Part shown: positions 27,075 to 36,387 of the stretch, one piece after another
How the letters are laid out: every line of letters begins with the position of its first letter
Position numbering within the stretch: position 1 is the first letter of the stretch
IMG/VR virus record: IMGVR_UViG_3300037607_000015
Location: 1 to 37,555 of that record
DNA from: a virus
Taxonomy: Duplodnaviria; Caudoviricetes
DNA length: 37,555 nucleotides
Reading direction: 5' to 3' (one strand)
Position numbers and translations under genes: made by a program
Notes under the pieces: model-generated
Told to the model about the DNA's origin: nothing
The model's input: the letters and a program-made list of their open reading frames with translations, nothing else
The model's database searches: none

Positions 27075-27234
27075 GAAGGATCCCTGTGGGAAATGCGGCC
27101 GGCCGGTGGGGAACATCACCGTGACCCGGGCCCACGATGCGGCGATCTTCTGCGCTGAATGTGGACTCGGGGAACTGCTCGATCCGAACGAGCGGCCGGA
27201 ATACGGAGGAAGGATCACCGATGCTGAGGAATGA
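27061..27234 (+). CDS. small zinc-finger protein (57 aa)
   Basis: CGKC...CAEC; overlaps both neighbours. Confidence 0.55.
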   Translation: MEIPEKDPCGKCGRPVGNITVTRAHDAAIFCAECGLGELLDPNERPEYGGRITDAEE

Positions 27235-27661
27235 ACGGCAGTGGATCGTCAGCCTGGCGATGAAACTCCAGGGCGTTCCCTATATCTGGGGTGGGTGCAC
27301 CCCGGCGGGCTTCGACTGTTCTGGTTTCGTGATCTGGATCCTCCAGGTATTCGACCTGCTCCCCGCGGGGGACTGGACGGCCCAGAGACTTTCGATGACC
27401 GTGCGCGCGACAACGGAGCCGCAGCCCGGGGACCTGGTGTTCTACGGACCGGCATCGGACGCGATCACGCATGTGATGATGTACGTCGGGGATCAGACGG
27501 TGTACGGCCGAATGGTGGTAGGGGCGAGCGGGGGAGACTCGCGCTGTACGACAGTGGAGGAAGCGAGCAGGAGAGGCGCCCAGGTGAAATATAAACCGAT
27601 CCATTACCGCTCGGACGTCCGGTTCATCGGGGATATTTCGACGATCACGCTCGAGGATTGA
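27221..27661 (+). CDS. NlpC/P60 (C40) peptidase, putative endolysin
   Basis: 'GVPYIWGG.TPAGFDCSG', 'QPGDLVFY', 'THVMMYVG'; GGAGG RBS; no signal peptide. Confidence 0.9.
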   Translation: MLRNERQWIVSLAMKLQGVPYIWGGCTPAGFDCSGFVIWILQVFDLLPAGDWTAQRLSMTVRATTEPQPGDLVFYGPASDAITHVMMYVGDQTVYGRMVVGASGGDSRCTTVEEASRRGAQVKYKPIHYRSDVRFIGDISTITLED

Positions 27662-27782
27662 CGCAGCGCCTGCTCTATATGCCGCCCTGGCGCCTTGTGG
27701 GGGTGCCGGGGCGCCCCCGCCTTCCATGCACACAGGAATACCCTCGAATTATGGGCCAGGATCAACCAGGCCAGAGGATCTC

Positions 27783-28142
27783 CTATCGCTTGGTCTCCTG
27801 GATCGCCGGCGACTCCTTCTTGATGAATGTGAGCGGCACGCCGGCGCGGAGCGCGGCGAGATCGCCAACGAGCTCGCGCGCCTCGAACGTGAGGACCTGC
27901 CGGAAAAGCCGGATCCGGTAGACGGGCATCGACCAGAGATCGGCGAGCTCCCAGTTCGTGTGGTCGCTCACGAGGTAGGTGAGAAAGACGCGCCAGGAGG
28001 GCCCGAGGGCCTTAATGATCCTTCTGAGCGCCCGCGCTTGCAAGGGCGAATATCGGGCCAGGTCGAGCTCCTGCTGTGCTTGTCTCAGCCCAGCGTCGGA
28101 CTCTCTCTGCCTCGACAATGTTGAGGAACTCAAGGATCTCAT
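27783..28142 (-). CDS. putative HTH protein (true start uncertain)
   Basis: 'TNWELADLWSMPVYRIRLFR' is HTH-like; overlaps the upstream minus-strand gene. Confidence 0.45.
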   Translation of the reverse strand: MRSLSSSTLSRQRESDAGLRQAQQELDLARYSPLQARALRRIIKALGPSWRVFLTYLVSDHTNWELADLWSMPVYRIRLFRQVLTFEARELVGDLAALRAGVPLTFIKKESPAIQETKR

Positions 28143-28335
28143 CCTTCAGAATATACAACGGCGGTTTGAAGATGTGGCGATGGAACTCCGAGAACTGCGA
28201 GGTCGACATCCCAAACTTTGAGGCGATCTGTTTGTGCGGCATACCAGAGTTGAGCAAACGTGTCATGTCCATGACGGCTTCGATTCCACCATGCTGCGCC
28301 AGAAAGTGCTGAACCGATACCAGGCTAACGTACAT
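28012..28335 (-). CDS. putative HTH regulator (repressor position, 107 aa)
   Basis: GAGG RBS, ATG 28335, 'GMPHKQIASKFGMSTSQFSEF'; divergent from the early operon. Confidence 0.6.
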   Translation of the reverse strand: MYVSLVSVQHFLAQHGGIEAVMDMTRLLNSGMPHKQIASKFGMSTSQFSEFHRHIFKPPLYILKDEILEFLNIVEAERVRRWAETSTAGARPGPIFALASAGAQKDH

Positions 28336-28555
28336 AGGATCCTCGTGGGTGATCCCCGGGCACGGACGCAACATGGTGCCAACCGGCCCGGGTCTACAGA
28401 GATATAGGGGCATCCGGAGGCGAACCGGAAAAGTGAAACCCGCGAAATTGATACGGATTTTTCCGGCCATTGATACGGCACGCGAATTGTTCCTCGTAAA
28501 TAACGTACATAAATCGCCGATGGGTGGGTGACAATAAATTCTCCAATCTTTTCGC

Positions 28556-28584
28556 TTGACATTATCCTCAGAAAAAACGATACT
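28556..28584 (+). promoter_or_regulatory. early rightward sigma70 promoter TTGACA-N17-GATACT
   Basis: Same hexamers and spacing as lambda pL, in an AT-rich divergent intergenic region. Confidence 0.75.
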
Positions 28585-28745
28585 CCCAGTGCCGACTGTC
28601 AAATAATGTATATCTCAGAATCTTGAGTTGATCTCGTTCGAGAAAGGGTGAACGAGTTCAAGGGCGGTCGGCGCGAGCTGGTCGCCCTTTCGTGCTTCTC
28701 GGCCAGCTTGAATATTTTCGGGATTGTCTTCACGGGACGCCGAAC

Positions 28746-29156
28746 ATGTTCGAAGCAACGCCGACAAGATACTCTCCGCAACGCCTCGAGGCAAGGGATA
28801 ACAACTGGCGCGAACAACCGGCGAAGAAACGCAACAACTTACCCTTCGACCTCACGCCTTCTGAAATTGAAATCGCCAGTGAAGGCGGGATCCTCCGCTA
28901 CATCGGCGCCCGATGGTCGCTCTCCCACCCCAACGATAAACCCGCAAACGCTCTCGCCCTGATCGTCGGCTGCAACCCGGCCACGATCGAGCGCGCCATG
29001 TCCGACGAGACTCACCTGGGCGCGATCGCCTGGATGAGGCTCGGCGCGATCGACCATGGCCTCTGGGACGCGTGGCGGGAGATCCACCGTGCCGCCGCAC
29101 TCGCAGAAGGCGCGTCAAACCTCAAGAAAGCCGAGCCGAAGGAGGAGAAGCCATGA
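28746..29156 (+). CDS. Cro/CII-like HTH protein (start uncertain)
   Basis: 'ALALIVGCNPATIERAMSDETHL' HTH pattern; first substantial gene after the early promoter. Confidence 0.55.
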   Translation: MFEATPTRYSPQRLEARDNNWREQPAKKRNNLPFDLTPSEIEIASEGGILRYIGARWSLSHPNDKPANALALIVGCNPATIERAMSDETHLGAIAWMRLGAIDHGLWDAWREIHRAAALAEGASNLKKAEPKEEKP

Positions 29157-29299
29157 AAACCTTCTCAATTTGGGTTGACTCCGAGGCGCGGCTCTGTGAC
29201 CTCGGCATGATACTCGGCTGTTTACTTTACCGATACTGTCGTGAGATCACGGTACGGAATCTCGCGCAGGAAGCACTTCATCCCGCGAGGAGGAACTGA
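29153..29299 (+). CDS. hypothetical protein (48 aa)
   Basis: AGGAG RBS and ATGA overlap. Confidence 0.5.
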   Translation: MKTFSIWVDSEARLCDLGMILGCLLYRYCREITVRNLAQEALHPARRN

Positions 29300-29301
29300 C
29301 C

Positions 29302-29640
29302 ATGGACCAAGCGACCAAACGGCAACACGCCGATCGCTTCATCAACGTCTTCATTGCATTCGCGGGGACGCTCGCCGTTTGCCTGTTCATCCAGCACTAC
29401 TGCTTCGAAGACACCACCTGGATGCAACCGATCATGGACGAGATCCAGGGACTCTCCGGCTGGACAGTCACGACGATCATCGCGGTGGCGATTGCCGTGG
29501 CGTACATCCTCCTGGTGTGGTTCGTGGGTCTGTACTGGATCCACCATGCCCAACCCATGGACGACGAAACCTCCGAGAGGTGGGAGCGGTTCTTTCGGGA
29601 TCTCGACGCACGAAAGGGGAACCATGCCCCGCATCACTGA
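29302..29640 (+). CDS. hypothetical two-TM membrane protein
   Basis: GAGGAGG RBS and two hydrophobic helices. Confidence 0.65.
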   Translation: MDQATKRQHADRFINVFIAFAGTLAVCLFIQHYCFEDTTWMQPIMDEIQGLSGWTVTTIIAVAIAVAYILLVWFVGLYWIHHAQPMDDETSERWERFFRDLDARKGNHAPHH

Positions 29641-29974
29641 AATGTTCCCGGGGAGATTCCTCCGCCAGGATGACATCGAGGCTCCGGTCATCGGCACAAT
29701 CGCGGAGGTCAAGGAGCAGGACCTGGCGCGGGAGGGAGAAGCGCCCGACTTTGGCTGGGTCATTGTCTTCGAAGAGATCGCGAAGCCCATGGTTCTTTCC
29801 TTCCCCCGCGCGGTCGAGCTCAGGGAGATCCTGAAATCAGACGCAAGCGAGGACTGGACGGGGAAGAAGGTCGAGATCTACCGGGATCCCCTCATTGTGT
29901 CGAACGGTCGGGCTGTGGGATCGCTTCGGTTCCGGATGGTGAAGCGGCGCAAACGAGCAAAAGCCACGCGATAG
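29624..29974 (+). CDS. conserved phage protein, possibly OB-fold/ssDNA-binding
   Basis: 'MFPGRFL', 'KPMVL', 'EDWTGKKVEIY', 'VGSLR' pattern common in phage recombination modules. Confidence 0.6.
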   Translation: MPRITEMFPGRFLRQDDIEAPVIGTIAEVKEQDLAREGEAPDFGWVIVFEEIAKPMVLSFPRAVELREILKSDASEDWTGKKVEIYRDPLIVSNGRAVGSLRFRMVKRRKRAKATR

Positions 29975-29983
29975 GGAGGCAAT

Positions 29984-30253
29984 ATGCTGATTACCGTCAA
30001 AACGCACGATGATGCGGGTAAGCCGATCGAGGTCGAGGCATCCGTATTCCCGCGGACTGTTCTCAGGGAGGACAACCCCGAGGTGAAGCCGTCAGCCGTC
30101 CTGATCTCGATCAGGGACGCAGGAGAGGTCCTGGTAGATCACTTGAGCCTCCCGCGGGAATTTGAGAACAGGCTGAAAGCGGAAGCGATCGCGGAAGCGC
30201 GCCGGCAGGTCCAGGCAAAGAACCAGGCGGCATCCGGAGGTATTGCGGCATGA
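29984..30253 (+). CDS. hypothetical protein
   Basis: GGGAGG RBS and operon context. Confidence 0.65.
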   Translation: MLITVKTHDDAGKPIEVEASVFPRTVLREDNPEVKPSAVLISIRDAGEVLVDHLSLPREFENRLKAEAIAEARRQVQAKNQAASGGIAA

Positions 30254-30750
30254 TCATCACCAGGGTGAAGTCAGGCGACAAGATCCATATCGAGTGGCAG
30301 GTCGAGACAGCGCTGGGCGAAGTGGATGACTACTCTATGACCTGCAGCGACAAGGCCCGGCCGGAATTCTACCAGGCATTGAACGACCTGGCGCCGCACG
30401 TCGTCCAAATCTGCGAGCTCCCGAAGGAATACGCTTCCGGCCTGTCGGTGATCGGCGTCAGGCTCACCTGGACGAACGATATCATGGGTGCGGTGATCAG
30501 TGCGAAGAAGGCCCTGATGGACTGTTCCTCTCCGCTCTTCCTCAATACGCCGCACATGCCGGAGAAACCCTACGGGGAATCGGCCGGCGGGTCGCTCCTC
30601 CCAGAGAAGACTGTTGAGGCGCTGGATGAGGTGGTCGAGGAGGCAGAGCGCTACCTGAAAGGCGAACGCGCACAGATGTCGCTTTTCCCGGCGGGAGAAA
30701 AGAAGCCGGCCCCTGAGCTCGAGCTTGTTACGGAGACCGAGCCGACATGA
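30250..30750 (+). CDS. conserved phage hypothetical protein
   Basis: ATGA overlap, 'PLFLNTP', 'EAERYLKGERAQMSLF'. Confidence 0.7.
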   Translation: MIITRVKSGDKIHIEWQVETALGEVDDYSMTCSDKARPEFYQALNDLAPHVVQICELPKEYASGLSVIGVRLTWTNDIMGAVISAKKALMDCSSPLFLNTPHMPEKPYGESAGGSLLPEKTVEALDEVVEEAERYLKGERAQMSLFPAGEKKPAPELELVTETEPT

Positions 30751-31043
30751 ACACGCGATTCGATCGGTATGCCAGCGACAGGCTTCAGGCCGTCAGGTCG
30801 GCAAAGCACAACGCGCAGTTCGTGATTGATCACCTGGCGAACCTGAGAGCCGTGGACCGCATGGGGAAGATGGAGCGCGCTGCCAAGAAATTCCACGCGA
30901 CGCTCGAGAGCGGCAACGAACTCACGCCTGCGCAGTATAGCTACCTGGACTCGATATATGAACACGTTTTTCAATCCCTCGGGCTTCCGTCTGTAGGAAA
31001 CCACCACGACGCCGTTGCGAAAAAGTTGAGGTATGGCAGATGA
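30747..31043 (+). CDS. hypothetical protein
   Basis: ATGA overlaps at both ends. Confidence 0.6.
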   Translation: MNTRFDRYASDRLQAVRSAKHNAQFVIDHLANLRAVDRMGKMERAAKKFHATLESGNELTPAQYSYLDSIYEHVFQSLGLPSVGNHHDAVAKKLRYGR

Positions 31044-31591
31044 GCCCTTCTGATCGAAGGAGCGGAAGACCGCGCATACACGAGCTGTCTGGCAAATCAT
31101 TCGGACGGCTAACGGTTTTGTTCCCGACCGGATTGAATGGTCAGTGGCGCTGTCGTTGTCTTTGTGGGAAAGAGACGATGGTCCATGGTCATGAGTTGGT
31201 CGTTGGAAAGACTCGATCATGCGGATGTCTTTCTCGTGAGACCGCCAGGATAGTGCACAAGAAGCACGGCATGACTCGGACCCCAACCTACAAAACCTGG
31301 TGTATGATGATATCGCGCTGCACGAATCCACGCAATAATCGCTACAACCGCTACGGCGCTCGCGGGATTCGCGTCTGTGATGAATGGTTGGTCTTCGACA
31401 ATTTCCTCCGCGACATGGGTGAACGACCGGCGGGAATGACCATCGACAGAATCGAGAACTCCCTCGGATATTCCAAAAGCAACTGCAGATGGGCGACTGC
31501 AAAAGAGCAGGCGATGAACCGGACTAATACGTATCAGCGAGAGAATTGGAGGCTTTACCAAGAACGCCGACGCGCGGCAAAGACATCATGA
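31040..31591 (+). CDS. HNH homing endonuclease
   Basis: 'FGRLTV..WRCRCLCG..GKTRSCGC', 'YGARGIRVCDEW', 'TIDRIEN..GY...NCRWAT'. Confidence 0.9.
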   Translation: MSPSDRRSGRPRIHELSGKSFGRLTVLFPTGLNGQWRCRCLCGKETMVHGHELVVGKTRSCGCLSRETARIVHKKHGMTRTPTYKTWCMMISRCTNPRNNRYNRYGARGIRVCDEWLVFDNFLRDMGERPAGMTIDRIENSLGYSKSNCRWATAKEQAMNRTNTYQRENWRLYQERRRAAKTS

Positions 31592-31884
31592 GAAAGCGCG
31601 GCAGGACAGATGATAACCAGGAGAAGATCGTTCGGGCACTCCGGCGGGTGGGCGCTATGGTCGCGGATCTCTCGGCCGTGGGGGGCGGAGTGCCCGATCT
31701 CCTGGTGGGCTTCAGGATGCAGACGTATCTCCTCGAAGTGAAGTCCCCCAAAGGGAAGCCGACGCCGGCGCAGGTCAGCTGGCGCCACCGGTGGCGGGGG
31801 AGACCACCTCAGACGGTGCGCACGGTAGACGAGGCGCTCGCGGCGATCGGCGCAGTGGCAAACATCAAACGGGAGGCAGTATGA
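31588..31884 (+). CDS. VRR-NUC-like PD-(D/E)xK nuclease / Holliday junction resolvase
   Basis: 'DDNQEKIVRALR', 'GGGVPDLLVG', 'LLEVKSPKGKPTPAQ'. Confidence 0.85.
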   Translation: MRKRGRTDDNQEKIVRALRRVGAMVADLSAVGGGVPDLLVGFRMQTYLLEVKSPKGKPTPAQVSWRHRWRGRPPQTVRTVDEALAAIGAVANIKREAV

Positions 31885-32273
31885 AAGCACCGCGGTACGT
31901 GGCAACGGCGGAAGGGAACCTGGTCGACAAGAAGAAGGGCGGCCAAATCGATGTGGCGGCCTTTGACCTGGTCCAGGCCGGCAAGATCCAGGTGATCAAG
32001 ATCGAGGACCGTGCGGGAAAGAAGTACCGGATCGCCCGCTATATGATCGACGAGACAGCGTTTTCGTTCGGTCAGAACGGCTTTACCCAGGAGGGGAAGA
32101 GGGCGGCGTCGACGCCGGCAACCAAGGTGACGACGGCCCTAGTGCACGCGAGCCAGGTCCCGCCGATGAATGCGATCGTCATGACGCGGGACGAGCTCCT
32201 CCAGATCCATGGTGCGCTGCAGAGCGCGGCGGATCTGACGCTCCGGAAGGTCGTTGAATCCTTGAGGAACTGA
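31881..32273 (+). CDS. hypothetical protein
   Basis: GGGAGG RBS, ATG 31881 with ATGA overlap. Confidence 0.65.
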   Translation: MKAPRYVATAEGNLVDKKKGGQIDVAAFDLVQAGKIQVIKIEDRAGKKYRIARYMIDETAFSFGQNGFTQEGKRAASTPATKVTTALVHASQVPPMNAIVMTRDELLQIHGALQSAADLTLRKVVESLRN

Positions 32274-32276
32274 GCC

Positions 32277-33773
32277 GTGGCCACGATCCCCGTCATCGCA
32301 ATCCCGATCGCCAAGCTCCACCCCTCGCCGTTCAATCCGCGGGTGCGGCAGAACCGCACGGCGCTGGACGAGCTGAAGGCCTCCATGAAGGAGAAGGGGG
32401 TCCTCACGGCTCTGATTGTCCGGCCGAATGCGGACGGCTATGAGGTCATCGCGGGATCCCGGCGGCTCGCCGCGGCAAAAGAGCTGGGCTGGGTGGATCT
32501 CCCCTGCGTCGTCCACGAGTTGACGGACGAGGAGGCAGCGGAGATCGCCCTGGTGGACAATCTGCTGCGGACGGATATCGACCCACTGGACGAGGCAAGG
32601 GGGTTCGTCGAACTCCTGAAGAAAACAAGGGACCTCGGCGCGATCGCGGCAAGAGTGGGGAAGAGCCGATCGTACATCGCCCAACGCATGAAACTCGTGA
32701 ACCTGCTGCCGGCGGTCCAGAAAGCCCTCCAGCAGGGTAAGATCGAGCTGGGAGTGGCGCTGGAGCTGGCGAAGATACCGCAGGAAGCCCAGAAGGAGTT
32801 CGTCCGATACGCTGAGGACTCGAGCGTCGATAGCATGAAGCGCATGATCGAGCGCAATGTGATGCTCGATCTCTCCGGGGCCCCCTGGAAGAAGGACGAC
32901 GCGGAACTCGTGCCGGACGCTGGCGCGTGCAATGCCTGTCCGAAGCGGACGGCTGCGGATCGGGATCTCTTTGGAGACGCGGGGAAGCATGACCGGTGCC
33001 TGGACGCAAAATGCTTCGAGGCGAAGATGAAGGCATTCTTCGCACACCGCAAAACCGAACTCGAGGCCAAGGGTGACAAGGTCGTGCAGATCTCCACGAA
33101 TCGTTGGTCCTCCGGGGATTCCAAGAAACTCGTAGGGAAGTACATGACATCGGGAGATTGGTCGACGGCGGGCAAGACCTGCAAGGATCCCCATGTTGGT
33201 CTGGTAGTCGCGGGAAGCGGGATCGGCCAGGTGAAGCGGATCTGCACGGGTGAAAAGTGCAAGCTGTGCGGATCGAAGAACGGCAGCGACGGCATCGGCG
33301 ATCAGTCCTGGAAGAAGAAAGCCGCGGCCGAGCGGAAGCGGATCGCCAGGGAGTCCCGGTACCGGCAGGCGCTCTTCGGTGCGATCGAGGCGAAGGAACT
33401 GCCATGGAACGACGAGGTCATTGTACACGCTGCTCGCGAGTTGGCGGAGGGCCAGAGTTTTGACAATGCCCGTCGTCTGGCAAATGCCATGGGTCTCCAG
33501 GCGGGAAAGAAATACGGGCATCCGGATTACTGTGCCGCAGTCGTGAAGTACGCCGGTGCCTCTCCCGGGGCTGCGCGCCGGGCGCTGTTCCTCTTCCCTC
33601 TGGCCGGTGATCTGGATGTGAATTATGGGCATGGTGCTGGCCGGTTAGAGAAGACGGCAAGGGCGCTGAAACTGGATCCCGCCAGGATCCGCAAATCCAT
33701 CGAGGACAAGTCGAAGAAGCCGGCGCCGAAGGCGGGAAAGGCCAAGAAGGCGAGAAAGAGAGGCTCCCGATGA
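32277..33773 (+). CDS. ParB/RepB/Spo0J family protein with Cys-rich C-terminal extension
   Basis: 'PSPFNPR', 'YEVIAGSRRLAAA', 'DNLLRTDIDPLDEA', HTH, 'GACNACPKRT...C.D..CF'. Confidence 0.9.
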   Translation: MATIPVIAIPIAKLHPSPFNPRVRQNRTALDELKASMKEKGVLTALIVRPNADGYEVIAGSRRLAAAKELGWVDLPCVVHELTDEEAAEIALVDNLLRTDIDPLDEARGFVELLKKTRDLGAIAARVGKSRSYIAQRMKLVNLLPAVQKALQQGKIELGVALELAKIPQEAQKEFVRYAEDSSVDSMKRMIERNVMLDLSGAPWKKDDAELVPDAGACNACPKRTAADRDLFGDAGKHDRCLDAKCFEAKMKAFFAHRKTELEAKGDKVVQISTNRWSSGDSKKLVGKYMTSGDWSTAGKTCKDPHVGLVVAGSGIGQVKRICTGEKCKLCGSKNGSDGIGDQSWKKKAAAERKRIARESRYRQALFGAIEAKELPWNDEVIVHAARELAEGQSFDNARRLANAMGLQAGKKYGHPDYCAAVVKYAGASPGAARRALFLFPLAGDLDVNYGHGAGRLEKTARALKLDPARIRKSIEDKSKKPAPKAGKAKKARKRGSR

Positions 33774-34066
33774 GGTGGCCATGGAAGAGAAGATTTCTCA
33801 CCAAAGACCCGGGCCCATGGCGCTGGGTCCTGATATGTACCCACTGCCAGAAGAAGGACTTCATGGGCACTCATCGTCCGGTAACGGAAAACATGGTGAT
33901 CAATGTGTATCCCTGTGAGAGCTGTGGACACACGCGAGCGCGGGTTTCCGTGGGCCGGAGGATCGAATGGCCTGATGGCAGTGGTGGGAGCATCTACCTG
34001 AGAGATGATCTCCAGCAGGTCCCTCACAAGCGGAACGCATCAAAGGCGAAAGCGCGCACCAGATGA
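33770..34066 (+). CDS. zinc-ribbon hypothetical protein
   Basis: CTHC...CESC with ATGA overlaps. Confidence 0.55.
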   Translation: MRWPWKRRFLTKDPGPWRWVLICTHCQKKDFMGTHRPVTENMVINVYPCESCGHTRARVSVGRRIEWPDGSGGSIYLRDDLQQVPHKRNASKAKARTR

Positions 34067-35757
34067 AGCTCGAGATCTCCAAGGACCTGGCCCTCCCGCG
34101 CGACGTCGTGACGCAGAAGCTCGCCTGGATGGGCCGGACCGGATCCGGGAAGACCTACGGCTTCGGCCGCATGGCGGAGGCTATGCTCGATGCTGGCATG
34201 CAGGTCGTGATTCTGGATCCGGTGGGAGTGCACTGGGGGCTTCGTCTCTCAGCTGACGGAAAGGGCGATGGGATCAAGACGATCCTGGTATTCGGGGGAC
34301 TGCACAGGGATGTGCCCTTGGAGCCGACGAGCGGGCGCGTGATCGCTGATTTCCTGGCAGACCGGCGCGTCTCGGCTGTCCTCGACGTCAGCCAGTTCGA
34401 GAGTGACGCGGACAAGGCCCGCTTCGCCACTGACTGGGCCGGCCGGTTCTTCTTCCGGTACAAAGCAAAGCCCTCGCCGGTGCACGTCTGCCTTGAGGAG
34501 TGCCAGGAATTCGTTCCTCAGAATGCGATGAAGGGTGAGGAGCGGATGGTGCACGCCTTCAACCGGATGTGGAAGCTCGGGAGGAACTTCGGGATCGGCG
34601 GGAGCCTGATCTCCCAACGTCCCCAGGAAGTGAACAAAAAGGCTCTGAATCAGACCGAATGCTTCTTCGCCTTCCAGATGACGGGCCCGCACGAGCGCAA
34701 GGCTGTGGAGGAATGGATGAAGGAGAAGGGCGTCGATCTGGATATCGCCGGAGACCTCCCGAAGCTCCAGGTCGGCTGTGCGCACGTCTGGAGCCCTCAG
34801 TGGCTCAGGATCTCGAAGGAGGTCCGGATTGACAAGAAACAGACGTTCAATGCATCGAGTACGCCGGAATTCGGGGCGAAACAGGTCGAGATCAAGCCCC
34901 TGGAGCCGATAGAGATCGAGAAGCTCTCGGCTGACCTCAAAGCCTCGATCGAGAAGGCAAAGGCTGATGATCCGGCAGCACTCCGCGAGAGGATCCGGCG
35001 GCTGGAGGCAGCGGCAAATAGCGCGAAACCCCGCGTCGATGAGTCCGCAGTAAGCCGGGCGCTCGAGCGCGGCAAACATGAGGCACAGAGGGAATCCTCC
35101 GCCAGGATCCGGACCCTTGAATCGACGATCGTGCGGCAGCAGGGCACGATGAAGAAGGCCGCGGAGATGCTCGCCGGTGCGGCAGTAGACGTGCCAAAGT
35201 ACGTCGCGCCACCGGTTGTCGAGACATCTCCAGCCGCGAGAAAGGTGGCAAGCTGGGGGCCGGCACCCCGGGCTCATGCGGGATCAGATGCTGAGATCTC
35301 TGTGAAAGTGCCGAAGGGGGAGAGGATCATCCTGATCGCAACGGCCCAGCATGATGAAGGTGTGGAGCGGGATCAGCTGACAGTGCTCACGGGCTATAAG
35401 AGATCGAGTCGTGACGCCTATCTCCAGCGGCTCAAAGAGCGCGGCCTGGTCGTTGTCGAGGGTGACCGGATTCGGGTTACTGAGGAGGGCATGGCAGCCC
35501 TCGGGGGTTCGTTCGAGCCTCTGCCCACGGGTGGTGAGCTGGTCCGGTACCACTTGGAGCGATTGCCAGAAGGGGAACGGGTGATCTTCGACTACCTGGT
35601 GAGAGCGTACCCGCGGGTGGTCCCTCGGGATGAACTGAGCGATCAAACGGAGTACAAGCGGTCGAGCCGGGATGCGTACCTGCATCGGCTGAAAGCGCGG
35701 CGACTGATCGAGATCCACGGAAGCGGGATCTCGGCGAGCCAACGACTGTTCGTGTGA
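34063..35757 (+). CDS. HerA/FtsK-superfamily ATPase (DUF87-like) with tandem C-terminal winged helices
   Basis: Walker A 'GRTGSGKT', 'ILDPVG', Walker B 'LEECQEFVPQ', 'GRNFGIG..LISQRP'; 'YKRSSRDAYL.RLK.R.L' occurs twice. Confidence 0.88.
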   Translation: MKLEISKDLALPRDVVTQKLAWMGRTGSGKTYGFGRMAEAMLDAGMQVVILDPVGVHWGLRLSADGKGDGIKTILVFGGLHRDVPLEPTSGRVIADFLADRRVSAVLDVSQFESDADKARFATDWAGRFFFRYKAKPSPVHVCLEECQEFVPQNAMKGEERMVHAFNRMWKLGRNFGIGGSLISQRPQEVNKKALNQTECFFAFQMTGPHERKAVEEWMKEKGVDLDIAGDLPKLQVGCAHVWSPQWLRISKEVRIDKKQTFNASSTPEFGAKQVEIKPLEPIEIEKLSADLKASIEKAKADDPAALRERIRRLEAAANSAKPRVDESAVSRALERGKHEAQRESSARIRTLESTIVRQQGTMKKAAEMLAGAAVDVPKYVAPPVVETSPAARKVASWGPAPRAHAGSDAEISVKVPKGERIILIATAQHDEGVERDQLTVLTGYKRSSRDAYLQRLKERGLVVVEGDRIRVTEEGMAALGGSFEPLPTGGELVRYHLERLPEGERVIFDYLVRAYPRVVPRDELSDQTEYKRSSRDAYLHRLKARRLIEIHGSGISASQRLFV

Positions 35758-35764
35758 GGACAAC

Positions 35765-36121
35765 ATGGACTTCGAAACAGGACTGGACGTACTGAGGATC
35801 ATCTGCCGGCATTCGCGCGGGTCAGAAATCACGGGTGAGCGGATCGCGGAGCAGACCGGGTGGGACCCCACAGGTGAGGTCCCCGGGGGCGTTCCTCCTC
35901 GGGAAATAGCAGACGCCGTGAGGATTGCCGTCGAGAAAGGGGTGCGGGTCGCGAGCAACACGCGCGGCTACTTCAAGCCCTCAGAACAGGAGCGGCGGGA
36001 ATACTTGGACCGTGAGAAACGCCGGCTGCTCAGCCTGGCGGTGAAGATCTCGAAGGCGAAGAAGAACGAGAGGAACGAGCTCGAGCTGTTCGACGAGGAA
36101 CAAAAGCAGGAGGCGGCATGA
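35765..36121 (+). CDS. winged-HTH-like hypothetical protein
   Basis: GAGGA RBS; 'ITGERIA', 'REIADAVR...KGVRVASNTRGYF'. Confidence 0.65.
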   Translation: MDFETGLDVLRIICRHSRGSEITGERIAEQTGWDPTGEVPGGVPPREIADAVRIAVEKGVRVASNTRGYFKPSEQERREYLDREKRRLLSLAVKISKAKKNERNELELFDEEQKQEAA

Positions 36122-36387
36122 AACTCCGAGAGCTCAAGAAAGCCCTGGACGATCTCACATCGGAACAGCTGGAACAACAGGCCGCGGCCATTGGCGTCGA
36201 GGTCTCGGGCGGCGAAATTGTTCAAGTCTCTGTGCTCGATGAGGATTGGGTGTATGACGGGGAGGCACCGTGCCCGAGGTCAATCTTCGATGAGAACCGC
36301 GAACCGGGCGAAGAGGATGATCCTCCCCTCGTATGGCCGAGGGGAATGGTCCAGATCGTCTTCGAACCGGAAAAGCACAAAAAATAG
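36118..36387 (+). CDS. acidic hypothetical protein
   Basis: AGGAGG RBS, ATGA overlap, 'MKLRELKKALDDLTSEQLEQ'. Confidence 0.65.
   Translation: MKLRELKKALDDLTSEQLEQQAAAIGVEVSGGEIVQVSVLDEDWVYDGEAPCPRSIFDENREPGEEDDPPLVWPRGMVQIVFEPEKHKK

Noticed and set aside
27685-27725. GC-rich hairpins after the endolysin as a bidirectional terminator
   Set aside because: The stems are short or imperfect and lack a convincing U-tract on either strand.
34063-35757. HerA ATPase as part of an anti-phage defence system
   Set aside because: No adjacent Sir2, nuclease or DUF4297-type effector, and it is translationally coupled within the phage early operon.
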